Assembly: GCF_902713615.1 (NCBI RefSeq)
Contig: NC_052175.1
Coordinates: 310,001-374,000, forward strand
From: Scyliorhinus canicula
Lineage: Eukaryota
Direction: 5' to 3'
Length of the DNA: 64,000 nucleotides
Shown: positions 1 through 11,254 of the stretch, piece by piece
Layout of the letters: the number at the start of each line of letters is the position of its first letter
Numbering within the stretch: the first letter of the stretch is position 1
Translations under genes and position numbers: made by a program
The notes under the pieces: model-generated
What the model was told of the DNA's origin: nothing
Databases searched by the model: none
Seen by the model: the letters and a program-made list of their open reading frames with translations, nothing else

Positions 1-1790
1 CTTCCACATCCTTACTATAATGTGGCGACCAGAACTGCACATAATACTCCAAATGCGGCCGCACCAGAGTTTTGTACAACTGCAACATGACCTCATGGCT
101 CCGGAACTCAATTGATCTACCAATAAATGCTAACACACCGTACGCATTCTTAACAACCCTCTCAACCTGGGTGGCAACTTTCAGGGATCTATGGACATGG
201 ACACCGTGATCTCTCTGCTCGTCCAAACTACCAAGGATCTTATCATTGGCCCAGTACTCTGCCGTCCTGTTATTCATTCCAAAATGAATCACCTCTCACT
301 ATTCTTCATTAAACTTCATTTTCCACCTGTCAGCCCAGCTCTGCAGCTTATCTATGTTCCTCTGTAACTTATAGCATCCTTCTGCATTGTCCACAACTCC
401 ACCGACTTTAGTGTAATCTGCAAATGTACTCACCCATCCTTCTACGCCCTCCTCCAGGTCATTTATAAAAATGAAAAACAGCAACGGTCCCAAAACAGAT
501 CCTTGTGGCACACCACTAGTAACTGGACACCAGTCAGAGCATTTCCCATCAACAAACCATTCTTTGTCTTCTATCAGCTAGCCAATTTCTGATCCAAACT
601 GCTAAATCACCCTGAATCCCATGCCTCTGTATTTTCTGCAATAGCCTACCGTGGGGAACTTTATCAAACGCTTTACTGAAATCCCTATACACCATATCAA
701 CTGCTTTACCCTCATCCACCTGTTTGGTCACCTTCTCGAAGAACTCAATGAGGTTTGTGAGGCACGACCTACCCTTCACAATACTACGTTGACTATCTCT
801 AATCAAATTATTCCTTTCCAGATGATTATACATCCTATCTCTTATAAACCTTTCCAAGACTTTTCCCAAAACAAAAGTAAGGCTCACTGGGTAATAGTTA
901 CCGGGGTTATCTCTACTCCCCTTCTTGTAAATGGGGACAACATTTGCTATCCTCCAGTCCTCTGGCACTATTCCTGTAGACAAAGATGACTTAAAGATCA
1001 AAGCCAAAGGCTCAGCAATCACCTCCCAAGCTTCACAGAGAATACTAGGATAAATCCCATCCGACCCAGGGGACTTATCTATTTTCACAGTTTCCAAAAT
1101 CTCTAACACCTCCTCCTTATGAACCTCAAGCCCTTCTGGTGTAGTAGCCTGTATCTCAGTATTCTCCTCGACAACTTTGTCTTTTTCCTGTGTGAATACT
1201 GACGAAAAATACTCATTTAGCACCTCTCCTATCTCCTCGGACTCTATCCAAAACTTCCCACTACTGTCCTTGACTGGCCCTACTCTTACCTTATTTTTTC
1301 TTTTATTCCTGACATACCTATTGAAAGCTTTACGGTTACCCTTGATCCTACCTGCCAAAGCCTTCTCATGTCCTCGCTTGGCTCTTCTCAGCCCTCTCTT
1401 TAGAGCCTTCCTAGCTAACTTGTAACTCTCAAGCGACCCAACTGACCGATCACATCTCACCTTCACATAAGCCTCCTTCTTCGTCTTGACAATCGTTTCA
1501 ACTGCTTCAGTAACCCATGGTTCCCTCACTCGACCACTTCCTCCCTGCCTAACAGGTACATACTTATCAAGGACACGCAGTAGCTGTTCCTTGAAAATGC
1601 TCCACATTTCCATTGTGTCTACCCCTGCAGTTTTCCACTCCAGGCGATGCATCCTAAGTCTTGCCGCATCGCATCATAATTGCCTTCCCCCCCAGCAATA
1701 ACTCTTGACCTGCGGTTTATACCTATCCCTTTCCATCGCTAAAGTAAACGTAATCGAATTGTGGTCACTATCACCAAAATGCTCACTCGG
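1..1790 (-). mobile_element. CR1-type LINE fragment (ORF2 linker and reverse transcriptase), cut by the window edge
   Basis: ORFs 549..1652 and 299..511 carry CR1 RT motifs: WRIANVVPIYKKG, GRSCLTNL, DFSKAFDKVPH, PQGSVLGPLLF, FADYT (decayed FADD). Confidence 0.95.
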
Positions 1791-1794
1791 CACC

Positions 1795-1945
1795 TTGCTG
1801 CCATTCCCACATGTCATGCCTTATCCTACTGCAGGAATCCAGCGAAGCCCAACCCAAGCTGGTGGAGCATCATTGCATCTCCCAAGTAGGGTGTTACAGC
1901 CCCAGGACTCATCTTTAAGTTCAACAACTTTAAACAGTGAACTTT
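1795..1945 (+). mobile_element. Penelope-like element, decayed GIY-YIG C-terminal fragment
   Basis: With frameshifts it reads KLVEHHCISQVG.LQPQGL.FKFNNFK, resembling the EQHLIFRLGTLQPxGLNxEFNNF end of fish/shark Penelope ORFs. Confidence 0.55.
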
Positions 1946-2089
1946 CCCCTCCATCTTAGCACCAGTTGTTTTTAATATCCCATCTTTTTAATCAGAAACA
2001 ATGGGTCCGAAACTGGAGAGAGTAGGTTCCTCGCAAGTGAAGCCTGACGAATGTATAAAGCCAGAGAGGGAATATTCCTGAGGAAAGCA

Positions 2090-2600
2090 TGTCATGAATT
2101 GTTCCCAAACCGGGAAAGGAGGGATTGCGGAGAATAATGTGATCGGGGATGTTCATAACATGACGATGGAGTATTCTTGAGAGATGGTACCTTACAAATG
2201 TCTGAACATGGGTAGGGTGTGCCCTGGGAACTTTCTGCAGACTGAACATACTCTATTCGCCTCATAATTATGAACAGGTGAGGTCCTGTGCTTGCTGATT
2301 TTTTTTCCCATTAATCGTGAAGCATCCCAATAATCCAGGCGTGGTGTCCAAGTCCATCAGGAATCCAGTCTTGTGACGGGTCCAATCCAGGGTGTTATCC
2401 AATATTTGGGAGTGAGGAGGGATGACAATCTCTGGTATATTTTTATCCGGTTTGGGAAATCTGGCCAGTCCATGTTAATCCTTTAAATCAGGCTCAATGG
2501 AAAATGTAACCTCTCCCAAATGTATTTAAATTATGAAGATTTCCCTCCCAATGCCATCAAAGTGATAGTCCTGCAATGCACGAATTACCCCTTCCCACGT
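2090..2600 (+). repeat. Ancient intronic relic, probably a heavily decayed CR1 RT, shared with the intron of the second GPCR copy
   Basis: Collinear with the reverse complement of about 51620-52100; shared blocks include aatgtctgaacatggg, ctctattcg, catcaggaatc, taaatcaggctca and aaatgtaacctctcccaaa. Confidence 0.7.
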
Positions 2601-2780
2601 CTTAAACACAGGTTACATGTTCTACTTCCCTGTTAGCAATGTTAATCTCTGCGTCTACACTTCTCGCAACACTGGCACATACCCACTGCTCATTCTATTG
2701 ATACTCAAATCCAACCCCACTTCAGGCATGACGAATATTTAATCATTAATTTACAAGCTGTTCTCCCTTCTCTCTGACAG

Positions 2781-3017
2781 TTAATTTATTGGTATTAGTC
2801 ATTCTGTGTCGGGGAAAATGTGGCCTCTCCACTTGCACCACTCACTACCTCGTTGCCATGGCGGTGGCGGATCTGCAGTTTATTATCACTCGCCCAATAC
2901 TAACCAAGATCAATTATTATCATTTCCCCCGGAGTTTTCTGGAATTCACCCCTTTGTGTAGTGTTAAAGATGTCCTGGTGTCTGCAGCCATGGACTGTTC
3001 TGTCTGGTTCACCCTAA
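2781..3017 (+). pseudogene. GPR139/GPR142-like class A GPCR pseudogene copy 1, exon 2, 5' part (TM1-TM3)
   Basis: Acceptor ttctctctgacag|ttaat (phase 1); reads VNLLVLVILCRGKCGLSTCTTHYLVAMAVADLQFII...DCSVWFTL and is then broken by CR1 sequence. Exon 1 is not in the window. Confidence 0.9.
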
Positions 3018-4765
3018 ACTATTGCATGTAGAAATGATACAGCAGTTATCATGGGGGATTTTACTGTACATGTCGATTGGTTTAACCAGGTCGGCCAAGG
3101 CAACCTTGAGGAGGAGTTTATAGAATGTATCTGCGAGAGTTTCCTAGAACAGTTAGGGATCCTCTTGGAAGGAGCGATCACAATACTGTGGAATTTAAAA
3201 TACAGATGGAGGGTGAGAAAGTAAAATCAAATACAAGTGTTTTGTATTTAAATAAAGTAGATTAAAATGGGATGAGAGAAGAACTAGCTAAGGTAGACTG
3301 GGAGCAATGACTTTTTGGTGGAACAGTTGAGGAACAGAGGAGAACTTTCCAAGCGATTTTTCACAGTGCTCAGCAAAGGTTCATACCAAGAAAAAGGAAG
3401 GACAGCAGAAAGAGGGGAAATCGACCGTGGATATCTAAGAAAATAAGGGAGAGTATCAGATTGAAGGAAAAAGCATATCAAGTGGCAAAGATTGGTGGGA
3501 GACTAGAGGACTGGGAAATCTTTAGGGGGCAACAGAAAGCTACTAAAAAAGCTACAAAGAAGAGTAAGATAGAGTATGAGAGTAAACTTGCTCAGAGTAT
3601 AAAAACAGACAGTAAATGTTTTTAAAACTATATAAAACAAAAAAGTGGCTAAGGTTAATATTGGTCCTTTAGAGGATGAGAAGGGAGTTTCAATAATGGG
3701 AGGCGAGGAAATGGCTGAGGAACTGAACAGGTTTTTTTGGTCGGTCTTCACAGTGGAAGACACAAATGACATGCCAGCGACTGACAGAAATGAGGTAATG
3801 ACAGGGTGAGGACCATGAAAGGATTGTTATCACTAAGGAGGTAGTGATGGGCAAGCTAATGGGTCTAAAATAGACAAGTCTCCTCGCCCTGATGGAATGC
3901 ATCCCAGAGTGCTAAAAGAGATGGCTAGGGAAATTGCCGATGCACTAATGATGATTTAACAAAACTCACTAGACTCTGGGGTGGTCCCGGTGGATTGTAA
4001 ATTAGCAAACGTGACACCACTTAAAAAAGGATGTTGTCAGAGAGCAGGAAACTATTGGCCAGTGAGCTTAACTTCGGTAGTAAGGAAGATGCTGGAATCT
4101 ATCATCAAGGACGAAATAGCGAGGCATCTGGATATAAATTGGCCCATTGTGCAGACGCAGCATGGGTTCATAAAGGGCAGGTCTAATTTAGGTGCCTAAC
4201 TAATTTAGTGGAATTTTTTGAGGCATTGCCAGTGCAGTAGATAATGGGGAGCCAATGGATGTGGTATATCTGGATTTCCAGAAAGCCTTTGACAATGTGC
4301 CACACAAAAGGATGCTGCATGAGATAAAGATGCATGGCATTAAGGTAAAGCAGTAGCATGGATAGAGGATTGGTTAATTAATAGAAATCAAAGCGAGGGG
4401 ATTAATGGGTGTTTCTCTGGTTGGCAATCAGTAGCTAGTGGTGTCCCTCAGGGATCCGTGGAGGGCCCACAATTGTTCACAATTTACATTGATGATTTGG
4501 AGTTGGGGACCAAGGGCAATGTGTCCATGTTTGCAGATGACACTAAGATGAGTGGTAAAGCGAAAAGTGCAGAGGATACTGGAAGTCTGCAGAGGGATTT
4601 GGATAGGTTAAGTGAACGGGCTAGGGTCTGGCAGATGGAATACAATGTTGACAAATGTGAGGTTAACCATTTTGGTAGGAATAACAGCAAACGGGATTAT
4701 TATTTAAACGATGAAATATTAAAGCATGCCGCTGTGCAGAGATACCTGCGTGTGCTAGTGCATGA
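3018..4765 (+). mobile_element. CR1 LINE, outer element inserted into GPCR copy 1, 5' segment
   Basis: EN remnant (VIMGDF), RT motifs (LANVTP, GRSCLTN, MFADDTK); interrupted at gtgcatga. Confidence 0.92.
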
Positions 4766-4839
4766 TAGAGATAGAGAAATACAGCACAGAACACGCCCTT
4801 CGGCCCACGATGTTGCGCCGAAATTTTGTCCTAGTTTAA

Positions 4840-5047
4840 TCATAGAATTTTGGACAATTTTGCATGGCCAATCCACGCAACCTGCACATCTTTGGACTGT
4901 GGGAGGAAACATGTGTACCCGGTGGAAACCCACGCAGTCACGAGAGGATGTGCAGACTCCAAACTGACAGTGACCCAAGTCTAAATCGAACTTGGGACCC
5001 TGGAGCTGTGAAGCAATTGTGCTATCCACAATGCTACCGTGCTGCCC
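4840..5047 (-). mobile_element. HE1-type tRNA-derived SINE embedded in the CR1 3' UTR
   Basis: Head gggcagcacggtagcattgtggatagcac, body ending aaattctatga; flanked by ttaa at 4836-4839 and 5048-5051. Confidence 0.85.
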
Positions 5048-6496
5048 TTAAGAAGTTAACCTACACTCCATTATTCTACCCTAATCCATGTAACTATCCA
5101 ATAGCCGCTTGAAGGTCCCTAACGTTTCCGACTGAACTACTTCCACAGGCAGTGCATTCCATGCGCCCACTACTCTGGGTAAAGAACCTACCGCTGACAT
5201 CCCCTTTATATCTTCCACCATTTATCTTAAATTTATGTCCTCTTGTAATGGTGTGTTCTACCCTGGGAAAACGTCTCTGACTGTCTACTCTATCTATTCC
5301 CTTAATCATCTTATAATCCTCTATCAAGTCGTCCCTCATCCTTCTCCATTCTAATGAGAAAAGGCCTAGCATCCTCAACCTTTCCTCGTATGACCTACTC
5401 TCCATTCCAGGCAACATCCTAGTAAATCTCCTTTGCACGTTTTCCAAAGCTTCCACATCCATCCGAAAATGATGCAACCAGAACGGCACACAGTACTCCA
5501 AATGTGTCCTGACCAAGGTTTTGTACAGCTGCATCATCACCTCACGGCTCTTAAATTCAATCCCTCTGCTAATGAACGCTAGCACAACATAGGCCTTCTT
5601 CACAGATCTATCCATTTGAGTGGGAACTTTCAAAGATCTATGAACAGAGACCCCAAGATCTCTTTGCTCCTCCACATTGCCAAGAACCCTACCGATAACC
5701 CTGTATTCCGCATTCATATTTGTCCTTCCAAAATGGACAACCTCATACTTGTCAGGATTAAACTTCATCTGCCACTTCTCAGCCCAGCTCTGCATGCTAT
5801 CTGTGTATCTTTGAAGCCGACAACAGCCCTCCTCACTATCCACAACTCCACCAATCTTCGTATCATCTGCAAATTTACTGACCCACCCTTCAACTCCCTC
5901 ATCCAAGTCGTTAATGAAAATCACAAACAGCAGAGGACCCAGAACTGATTGCTGCGGTACATCACTGATAACTGGGCTCCAGGCTGAATATTTGCCATCC
6001 ACCACCACTTCTATCGGTTAGCCAGTTTGTTATCCAACTGGCCAAATTTCCAACTATCGCATGCCTCCTTACTTTCTGCACAAGCCGACAATGGGGAACC
6101 TTATCAAATGCCTTACTAAAATCCATGTACACTACATCCATTGCTTTACCTTCATTCACCTGCATGGTCACCTCATCAAAGAAGTCTATAAAACTTGTAA
6201 GGCAAGACCTATCCCTCACAAATCCGTGTTGACTATCCCTAATCAAGCAGTTCCTTTCCAGATGCTCAGGAATCCTATCCCTCAGTACCCTTTCCATTAT
6301 TTGCCTAACACCGAAGTAAGACTAACTGGCCTGTAATTCCCAGGGTTATCCCTATTCCCTTTATTGAACAGGGGCACGACATTCGCCACTCTCCAATCCT
6401 CTGGTATCACCCCTGTTGACAGCGAGGACGAAATGATCATTGCCAACAGCTCTTCAGTTTCATTTCTTGCTTACCATAGAATCCTTGTACATATTT

Positions 6497-6774
6497 AGCA
6501 CGGTAGCATTGTGGATAGCACAATTGCTTCACAGCTCCAGGGTCCCAAGTTCTATTTTGACTTTGGTCACTGTCTGTGTGGAGTCTGCAAATCCTCCCCG
6601 TGTGTGCGTGGATTTCGTACGGGTACTCCGGTTTCCGCCCACAGTCCAGATATGTGCAGGTTGGTTCAATTGGCCATGAAAAATTGTCCAAAATTCTATG
6701 ATTAACCTAGGACAAAAGTTCGGCGCAACATCGTGGGCCGAAGGGCCTGTTATGTGCTGTTTTTCTCTATCTAT
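6497..6774 (+). mobile_element. SINE plus CR1 3' tail chimera inserted inside the inner CR1
   Basis: agcacggtagcattgtggatagc...ccaaaattctatgattaacctaggacaaaagttcggcgcaacatcgtgggccgaagggcctg; same organisation as 4766-5047. Confidence 0.88.
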
Positions 6775-7653
6775 ATCCCGTCAGGCCCGGGGGACTTGTC
6801 TATCCTCAAGTTTTTCAAAACGCGCAAAACATCTTCCTTCCTGACAAGTATCTCCTCGAGCTTATCAGTCTGTTTCACACTGTCCTCTCCAACAGTATGG
6901 CCCCTCTCTTTTGTAAATAATGAAGAAAAATACTTGTTCAAGACCTCTCCTATCTCTTCAGTCTCAATACACAATCTCCCGCTACTGTCCTTGATCGGAC
7001 CTACCCTCGCTCTAGTCATTCTCATATTTCTCACATATGTGTAAAAGGCCTTGGGGTTTTCCTTGATCCTACCTACCAAAGATTTTTCATGCCCTCTCTT
7101 AGCTCTCCTAATCCCTTTCTTCAGTTCCCTCCTTGCTCTCTTGTATCCCTCCAGCGCCCCTGTCTGAACCTTGTTTCTTCAGCCTTACATAAGTCTCCTT
7201 CTTCCTCCCAACAAGACATTTAACCTCTCTTGTCAACCATGGTTCCCCCACTGGAGCATCTCTTCCCTGCCTGACATTGACATACATATCAAAGACACGC
7301 AGTACCTGTTCCTTGAACAAGTTCCACATTTCACTTGTGTCCTTCCCTGACAGCATATGTTCCCAACTTCTGCACTTCAATTTTTGTCTGACAGCATTGT
7401 ATTTACCCTTCCCCCAATTATAAACATTGCCCTGTTGCACGCACCTATCCCTCTCCCTAACTAAAGTGAAAGTCACAGAATTGTGGTCACTACCTCCAAA
7501 ATGCTCCCCCACTAACAAATCTATCACCTGTCCTCGTTCATCACCAAGTACTAAATCTACATATTGTGTTTGAAAAGCTTCCTGGACACACTGCACAAAC
7601 ACTACCCCATCAAAACTATTTGATCTAAAGAGTTTCCACTCAATGTTTGGGAA

Positions 7654-7849
7654 TTTGTACAGTAAGAAGTCTTACAACACCAGGTTAAAGTCCAACAGGT
7701 TTCATTCAAACACGAGCATTCGGAGCGCAGCTCCTTCCTCAGCTGCGCTCCGAAAGCTCGTGTTTGAATCAAACCTGTTGGACTTTAACCTGGTGTTGTA
7801 AGACATCTTACTGTGCTCACCCCAGTCCAACGCCGGGATCTCCACATCA
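7654..7849. mobile_element. Penelope-derived hairpin (inverted-terminus) mini-element
   Basis: Arms of about 75 bp (cagtaagaagtcttacaacaccagg...gcgcagct and its reverse complement) around a ccttcctc loop; tgggaa duplicated at 7648-7653 and 7850-7855; matches the Penelope terminus at 52400-52525. Confidence 0.85.
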
Positions 7850-8411
7850 TGGGAAGTTGAAGTCACCCGTGACTACTACCCTGTGACTTCTGCTCCTTTC
7901 CAAAATCTGTTTCCCAATCTGTTCCTCCACATCTCTGCCGCTATTGGGGGGCGTATAGAAAACTCCCAACAAGGTGACTGCTCCATTCCTATTTCTGACT
8001 TCAACCCATTTTACCTCAGTAGGCAGATCCCCCTCTAACTGCCTTTCTGCAGCTGTAATACTATCTCTAATTAACAATGCCACCCCCCACCTCTTTTACC
8101 ATCCTCCCGAATCTTGTTGAAACATCTATAACCAGGGACCTCCAACAGCCATTTCTGCCCCTCTTCTATCCAGGTTTCCGTGATGGCCACCACATCGTAG
8201 TCCCAAGTACCGATCTATGCCTGAAGTTCATCCACCTTATTCCTGATGCTTCTTGCATTAAAGTATACACACTTCAACCCATCTCCTTGCCTGCAAGTAC
8301 TCTCCTTTGTCAGTGTTACCTTCTCCACTGCATCACTACGTGCTTTGGCGTCCTGATTATCGGCTTCCTTTGTTGCTGGACTATAGATCCGGTTCCCATT
8401 CCCCAGCCAAA

Positions 8412-9340
8412 TTAGTTTAAACCCTCCCGAAGAGTACTTGAAAACCTCCCCCCCAGGATATTGGTGCCCCTCTGGTTCAGATGTAACCCGTCCTGCTTTT
8501 AAAGGCCCCACGTTCCCCAGAATGCGCTCCAATTAACCAAACACCTGAAGCCCTCCCTCCTACAACATTCCTGCAGCCACATGTTCAACTGCACTCGCTC
8601 CCTCTTCCTAGCCTCGCTACCACCTGGCACCGGCAACAAACCAGAAGAGACAACTCTGTCTGTCCTGGCCTATAACCTCCAGCCTAACTCCTTAAACTTG
8701 TTTATTACCTCCACACCCTTTTTCCTACCTACGTCGTTGGTACAAATGTGCACCACGACTTCTGGCTGCTCACCCTCCCCCTTCAGGATCCTGAAGACAC
8801 GATCCGAGACATCCCTGGTCCTGGCACCCGGGAGGCAACATACCTTTCGGGAGTCTCGCTCGAGACCACAGAATCTCCTATCTATTCCCCTAACCATTGG
8901 ATCTACTATTACTATCGCTTTTCTATGCTCCCCCCTTCCCTTCTGAGCCCCAGAGCCAGTCAGTGCCTGAGACCTGGCCGCTGGGGCCTTTCCCGGGTAG
9001 GTCATCCCCCCAGCATCCAAAACGGAATACTTGTTTTGAAGGGGCACGTCCACGAGGGATCCCTGCACTGTCTGCCTGTTAGTTTTCTTCCCCTGACTGG
9101 AACCCAGCTACTCTTGTCCAGTACCTTTGTTGTGGCTTCCTCCCTGTAACTCGTCTCGATAACCCCCTCTGCCTCCCGGATGATCCGAAGTTCATCCAGC
9201 TCTAGCTACAGTACCTTAACACGGTCTCTGAGGAACTGGAGTTGGGTGCACTTCCCGCAGGTATAGTCAGCGGGGACACCATTGGTTTCCCTCACCACCC
9301 ACATCCTACAGGAGGAGCATGCAACTGCCCTAGCCTCCAT
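8412..9340 (-). pseudogene. CR1 ORF1 (CxxC-CxxC zinc finger, leucine zipper, SGNH esterase), disrupted
   Basis: MEARAVACSSCRMW...YTCGKCTQLQFLRDRV, then an esterase segment (MVRGIDRRFC, VHICTNDV); contains stops and frameshifts. Confidence 0.85.
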
Positions 9341-9860
9341 CCCCTATTACTTTACAGAATTAGCGACCCCGTGGACCAACTGGACCTCCGCCCTCCGACT
9401 CTGCTTCCAGTCAGCTCTACTCTAAACTCCTGGCTCCCTTCACGCTCTTTGATAAATATAGGAAATGAAATGTAAAGAGCACCTTACTCCCTCCTCACCT
9501 AACTCCCACAGTCACCAAACTCTCACTGTAGTACTCAAATGCCACAAGCTCAGCACTCCAGTGCAAACAAAGTCTGCACTGTAACTAGCTCCTATTTATG
9601 CTGTGACTCTAGCCTCTGAAAACTGGCCTAATGCAATTAACTAATTAACAAGCTCCAGCTGTAAATAAGTGCAAGCTGAACCTTGTTAAAGCTGATTCAA
9701 AATTCACCTTCTTAGATACCAAACAGAAACTTTTAAGTTAATTAACTAAATAAAATAAATACTAGACTTTAAATAAAAATGAACCCTTATACTACCTCAG
9801 TCACCAAACTCTCACTGTAGCACTCAAATGCCACAAGCTCAGCACTCCAGTGCAAACCCA

Positions 9861-10547
9861 ATGAGTCACAGAAAGTTGGTTTGCAGGTGCAACAGGTGAT
9901 CAAGAAGGCAAATGGAATTTTGTCCTTCATTGCTAGAGGGGTGGAGTTTAAGACTAGGGAGGTTATGTTGCAATTGTATAAGGTGTTGGTGAGGCCGCAC
10001 CTGGAGTATTGTGTTCAGTTTTGGTCTCCTTGAAAAAGGACATACTGGCACTGGAGTGTGTGCTGAGGAGATTCGCTAGTTTAATCCCTGAGCTGAAGGC
10101 GTTGGATGAGGAGAGGTCGAGTAGACTGGGATTGTACTCATTGGAATATAGAAGGATGAGGGGGGATCTTATAGAAACATTTAAAATTATGAAGGGAATA
10201 ACTAGGATAGATGCGGGCAGGTTGTTTCCACTGGCTGGTGAAAGCAGAACTTGGCGACATAGCCTCAATATAAGGGGAAGTAGATTTAGGACTGAGTTTA
10301 GGATGATTCTTTACACAAACGGTTGTGAATCTATGGAATTCCTTGCCCAGTGAAGCAGTTGTGGCTCCTTCATTAAATGTTTTTAAGGTAAAGATAGATA
10401 GATTTTTAAAGAATAAATGGATTAAGAGTTATGGTGTTCGGGCCGGAATGTGGAGCTGAGTCCACAAAAGATCAGCCATGATCTCATTGAATGGAGGAGC
10501 AGGCTCGAGAGGCCAGCTGGCATACATCTGCTCCTAGTTCTTATGTT
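9861..10547 (+). mobile_element. Outer CR1, 3' segment with tail
   Basis: Resumes atgagtcacagaaag, continuing gtgcatga at 4765; ends ctcctagttcttatgtt. Confidence 0.92.
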
Positions 10548-11205
10548 CTAACCTTCTCCTTTGATCGATTTGTGGTCATTTGCTGCCAGAAACTGAAAAC
10601 TAAATATTGCACAGGGAAAACTGCAGCAGTGGTTCTGTCAACAACCGGCCTTCTATCCTGTATAAAAACACCCCCGGTACTTTCTGTCTGAACCTATAGT
10701 AATAATCGAAAATGTCCAGATTGGGTGTCGGCCAAGAAGCATTTTTTACACTGGCCACATGTGGGTTTAATTTATCACGTTTGCTCTGGTTTCAATGCCA
10801 TTGATACCATTCTGTGGAATCCTGTTGTTCGACGCTCTGATATTCAGACACATTTTACTCACCAGTCGAGTCCGGAAGGAACTGAGGGCTCAGAGGACGG
10901 GAGACAATCGCAATGACCCAGAGATGGAGAGTAGAAGGAATTCAATGGTTTTACTCTTCAGCATCTCTGGAACATTTATTCTCCTGTGGGCTGTGTTCGT
11001 ATTTATCGTTTTCTACATTGATTTGGGAGGAATAATTCACCTCACCGATCCCCCATATAAGTTACAAGAAGTAGGATTCATGCTGCTAGATTTAAACTGC
11101 TACACAAACACATTTATTTATGTGGTGACTCAGTCCAAGTTCAGGGAGCAGATCAAGATCCCGGTGAAAAATCCGGTGACATCAATTAGGACATTAATCA
11201 ATGAC
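10548..11205 (+). pseudogene. GPR139-like pseudogene copy 1, exon 2, 3' part (TM3-TM7)
   Basis: LTFSFDRFVVICCQKLKTKYCTGKTAAVVL; frameshift near 10665-10675; TAA at 10768-10770; then LIPFCGILL...EMESRRNSMVLLFSIS...NCYTNTFIYVVTQSKFREQ. Confidence 0.92.
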
Positions 11206-11254
11206 AAAGAACAAAATAAAAACCAAAGGAACAGCACAGGCCCTACAAGCCCGT

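Larger units (their letters stand above)
4766..9860 (-). mobile_element. Near full-length CR1 LINE (5' UTR, ORF1, ORF2 EN-RT with internal deletions, 3' tail) nested in the outer CR1
   Basis: 5' UTR at about 9340-9860, ORF1 9340-8412, EN (LKCVYFNARS, VVTGDFNFP), RT (KFADDTK), tail gtatttctctatctcta; atga duplicated at 4762-4765 and 9861-9864. Confidence 0.93.

Noticed and set aside
651-1959. Plus-strand ORFs antisense to CR1 ORF2, and the similar ones elsewhere in the window
   Set aside because: Recurrent shadows of the CR1 coding strand with no independent coding signal.
7654-7849. Hairpins as MITEs, pre-miRNA or CRISPR-like repeats
   Set aside because: The arms match the terminus of the Penelope element at 52400-52525; no repeat-spacer array exists in the window.
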